DNA of 64,000 nucleotides from Nitrospirota bacterium (lineage in GTDB: Bacteria; Nitrospirota; UBA9217). The position numbers and the translations under genes are program-made. Location: the NCBI GenBank assembly GCA_963740085.1, contig CAVUCU010000001.1:128001-192000 (forward strand), in the 5' to 3' direction. Positions 61,878-64,000 of this stretch are shown in pieces. The notes under the pieces were generated by a model, which saw only the letters and a program-made list of their open reading frames with translations, ran no database searches and was not told where the DNA came from. The stretch's first letter is position 1, and each line of letters begins with the position of its first letter.

Positions 61878-63038
61878 TCAGTTCACTCCCGCGTCCTTTT
61901 TGAGCTTTGCGGCTTTGTCCGTTTTTTCCCAGGTGAACTCAGGCTCGGTCCTGCCGAAGTGGCCGTATGCCGCGGTCTTCCGGTAAATAGGCCGTCTGAG
62001 GTTCAGGGTTTTCACGATGCCCTTGGGAGTCATGTCAAAGTTTTTTCTGATGATCTTGACGAGTTTGTCATGATGGATCTTGCCGGTTCCGAAATCGTCC
62101 ACGTGGATGGAGACCGGATGCGGAACCCCGATGGCATAGGCCAGCTGCACCTCTACCTCAGTGCAGAGACCGGCTGCCACGATGTTCTTCGCAACGTAAC
62201 GGGCCATGTAGGACGCGGATCGGTCGACCTTCGTCGGGTCCTTGCCGGAGAAGCATCCGCCGCCGTGGCTGCCCACACCGCCATAGGTGTCCACGATGAT
62301 CTTGCGGCCCGTGAGGCCGGTGTCGCCCATAGGTCCCCCGGTCACGAACCTGCCTGTGGGATTAATGTGATAGATAATGGTCTTTTCATCGAGCAGTTTC
62401 TTCGGGAGCACCGGAAGGATCACCTTCTCGATGATCTCCCTGCGCAGTTGCTTGAGCGTCACATCAGGACTGTGCTGCGACGAAACCACGATGGTATGGA
62501 GACGGTAGGGTTTACCTTCCCGGTATTCGATGGTCACCTGGGACTTACCGTCCGGCCGCAGATAGGGAAGGATCTCCTTCTTTCGAACTTCCGAAAGACG
62601 GCGAGTGAGCTTGTGCGCGAGCATGATGGTCATCGGCATCAGTTCCGGTGTCTCGTCGCAGGCATAGCCGAACATGAGGCCCTGGTCCCCTGCGCCGCCG
62701 GTGTCAACGCCCATGGCGATATCGGGCGACTGAGAGTGGACCGACGTGACGACCGCGCAGGTCTCGGAATCGAAGCCGTACTTTGCCCGGGTGTAACCGA
62801 TGTCCTTGATGGTCTTCCTGACGATATCAGGGATCTCCACATATCCCTTCGTGGTGATCTCTCCGGCTACCATGGCAAGCCCCGTGGTCAGAAGCGTTTC
62901 GCATGCCACACGGCTCATCGGGTCCTGCGCAAGCAGCGCGTCGAGGACCGCATCTGAAATCTGGTCGGCTATTTTGTCTGGATGACCCTCGGTCACCGAT
63001 TCCGAGGTAAAAAGGTAATTCTTGTTAATGCTGCTCAT
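61878..63038 (-). CDS. metK: S-adenosylmethionine synthetase
   Basis: [30 protein letters not shown] and [12 protein letters not shown] motifs. Confidence 0.99.
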   Translation of the reverse strand: MSSINKNYLFTSESVTEGHPDKIADQISDAVLDALLAQDPMSRVACETLLTTGLAMVAGEITTKGYVEIPDIVRKTIKDIGYTRAKYGFDSETCAVVTSVHSQSPDIAMGVDTGGAGDQGLMFGYACDETPELMPMTIMLAHKLTRRLSEVRKKEILPYLRPDGKSQVTIEYREGKPYRLHTIVVSSQHSPDVTLKQLRREIIEKVILPVLPKKLLDEKTIIYHINPTGRFVTGGPMGDTGLTGRKIIVDTYGGVGSHGGGCFSGKDPTKVDRSASYMARYVAKNIVAAGLCTEVEVQLAYAIGVPHPVSIHVDDFGTGKIHHDKLVKIIRKNFDMTPKGIVKTLNLRRPIYRKTAAYGHFGRTEPEFTWEKTDKAAKLKKDAGVN

Positions 63039-63356
63039 CTGATCTCCTTCCGGCCATAATGACCATTTGATAACTTATCATCACCGAACTTCAGCGGATT
63101 GTTGCTCAAGGATAAAACTGCCTTCATCACAAAACAGGACTTCCGCTGCCAAGAAAGCGGCAAACGAGGTAGTACATTACCTGAACCGGACCGACTTTTC
63201 AAGATATTTTTTCGCGTACTTAACAACCCACGTCAACCGTTCCATGTCCTGGTCGGATTGCGGAAGCCGGACAGAGTTCCGGTGAAACGATTGAGGGCAC
63301 AAGAGGAAGGGTGAGCGAGCCGTTCAGCGAACAAAGCGGCCCCGCGTGAGCGCCAG

Positions 63357-64000
63357 CTAGTTTGTTTCCGCGGCAATTTCCTTGTTCATTTGAACGGGAT
63401 CGAAAGGGAGTAGTTGCGTCTGAAAACCCGCGACACCGGGAGGGGGCTGTAAATAACGGATCTCGAATTTGACGCTTCCCATAGGCGGGATGACAACGTC
63501 TTTTTCCTGAGGACGCTTCGCTTTCAGTTCCTGCACATTGACGCCACGCCCGGCAAGGATGTCGTAATCCCGCCGGGTATAGATCTGCCGGCCGTTCAGC
63601 AACCTGATTTTTGCGAGCTCAGCGCCTTGTGCATCATTCACCACGGCCAGCACATACCAGGCAGGCCTCTCCTTTACTGTCGAGTTCTCGATGACGCCGG
63701 AGATAAGCAGATCACCATTCGCCTCCATGGATCCGACAGGGTTCAGGATTTGCAGTCCTTCGATCGAGGTTATCTCTCGAGGCGCTTCTCTCACCTTTTG
63801 CAAGGAAGGCTGAGAAGATTGAAGATAGAGGAAAATGCCATAAGCCGCCAGACCGGCTATGATGAGCACAGCAAAAAGGACCACAAGCATTCGTCCAGAA
63901 CGGGAAGGCATCGATGAATGAACAGGTTCCATTATTATTCGTTCTGCTGCGGGCGAAGCCGGCGGTGTGGCGGGATGTGCGTACTCTTTCTTCGGCACTG
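63357..64000 (-). CDS. Membrane-anchored protein, DUF3426-like C-terminal domain; 5' end outside window
   Basis: Pro-rich linker, single TM helix, then LLISGVIEN...IPPMGSVKF. Confidence 0.65.
   Translation of the reverse strand, partial: VPKKEYAHPATPPASPAAERIIMEPVHSSMPSRSGRMLVVLFAVLIIAGLAAYGIFLYLQSSQPSLQKVREAPREITSIEGLQILNPVGSMEANGDLLISGVIENSTVKERPAWYVLAVVNDAQGAELAKIRLLNGRQIYTRRDYDILAGRGVNVQELKAKRPQEKDVVIPPMGSVKFEIRYLQPPPGVAGFQTQLLPFDPVQMNKEIAAETN

Overview
Bacterial chromosomal segment. Gene order (lepA-lepB-DUF4845-yicC-DUF370-gmk-rpoZ-coaBC), multiheme cytochromes and sigma54 regulators suggest an anaerobe of the Nitrospirota/Desulfobacterota type; this is an inference. Main content: a PilB/GspE-type ATPase (partial), two 12-heme cytochrome paralogs, amrS-archease-rtcB, two-component systems, housekeeping genes, and a ~17 kb minus-strand respiratory cluster. 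That cluster runs fdnGHI, a DsbA-like protein, a di-heme peroxidase, [NiFe]-hydrogenase small/large/cytochrome b/protease, then hypC-hypA (fused), hypB, hypF, hypD, hypE; ahcY with an SAH riboswitch and metK lie near the window end. The ORF track splits three genes at in-frame TGA codons that sit at conserved Cys/Sec positions, each followed by a SECIS-like hairpin. The most striking case is the hydrogenase large subunit: its N-terminal Ni-binding motif reads R-I-TGA-G-V-TGA-T-T-V-H, so both L1 cysteines are UGA, while the C-terminal motif keeps DPCMAC. This is the reverse of classical [NiFeSe] enzymes. Other notable items: an in-situ replacement of ahcY that left the old gene's tail behind, heptamer-repeat elements inserted in frame into hypF, several families of small palindromic repeats, a decayed REP-associated tyrosine transposase, and four single-base frameshifts that may be sequencing errors. 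All product calls come from motif recognition by eye; no database search was run.
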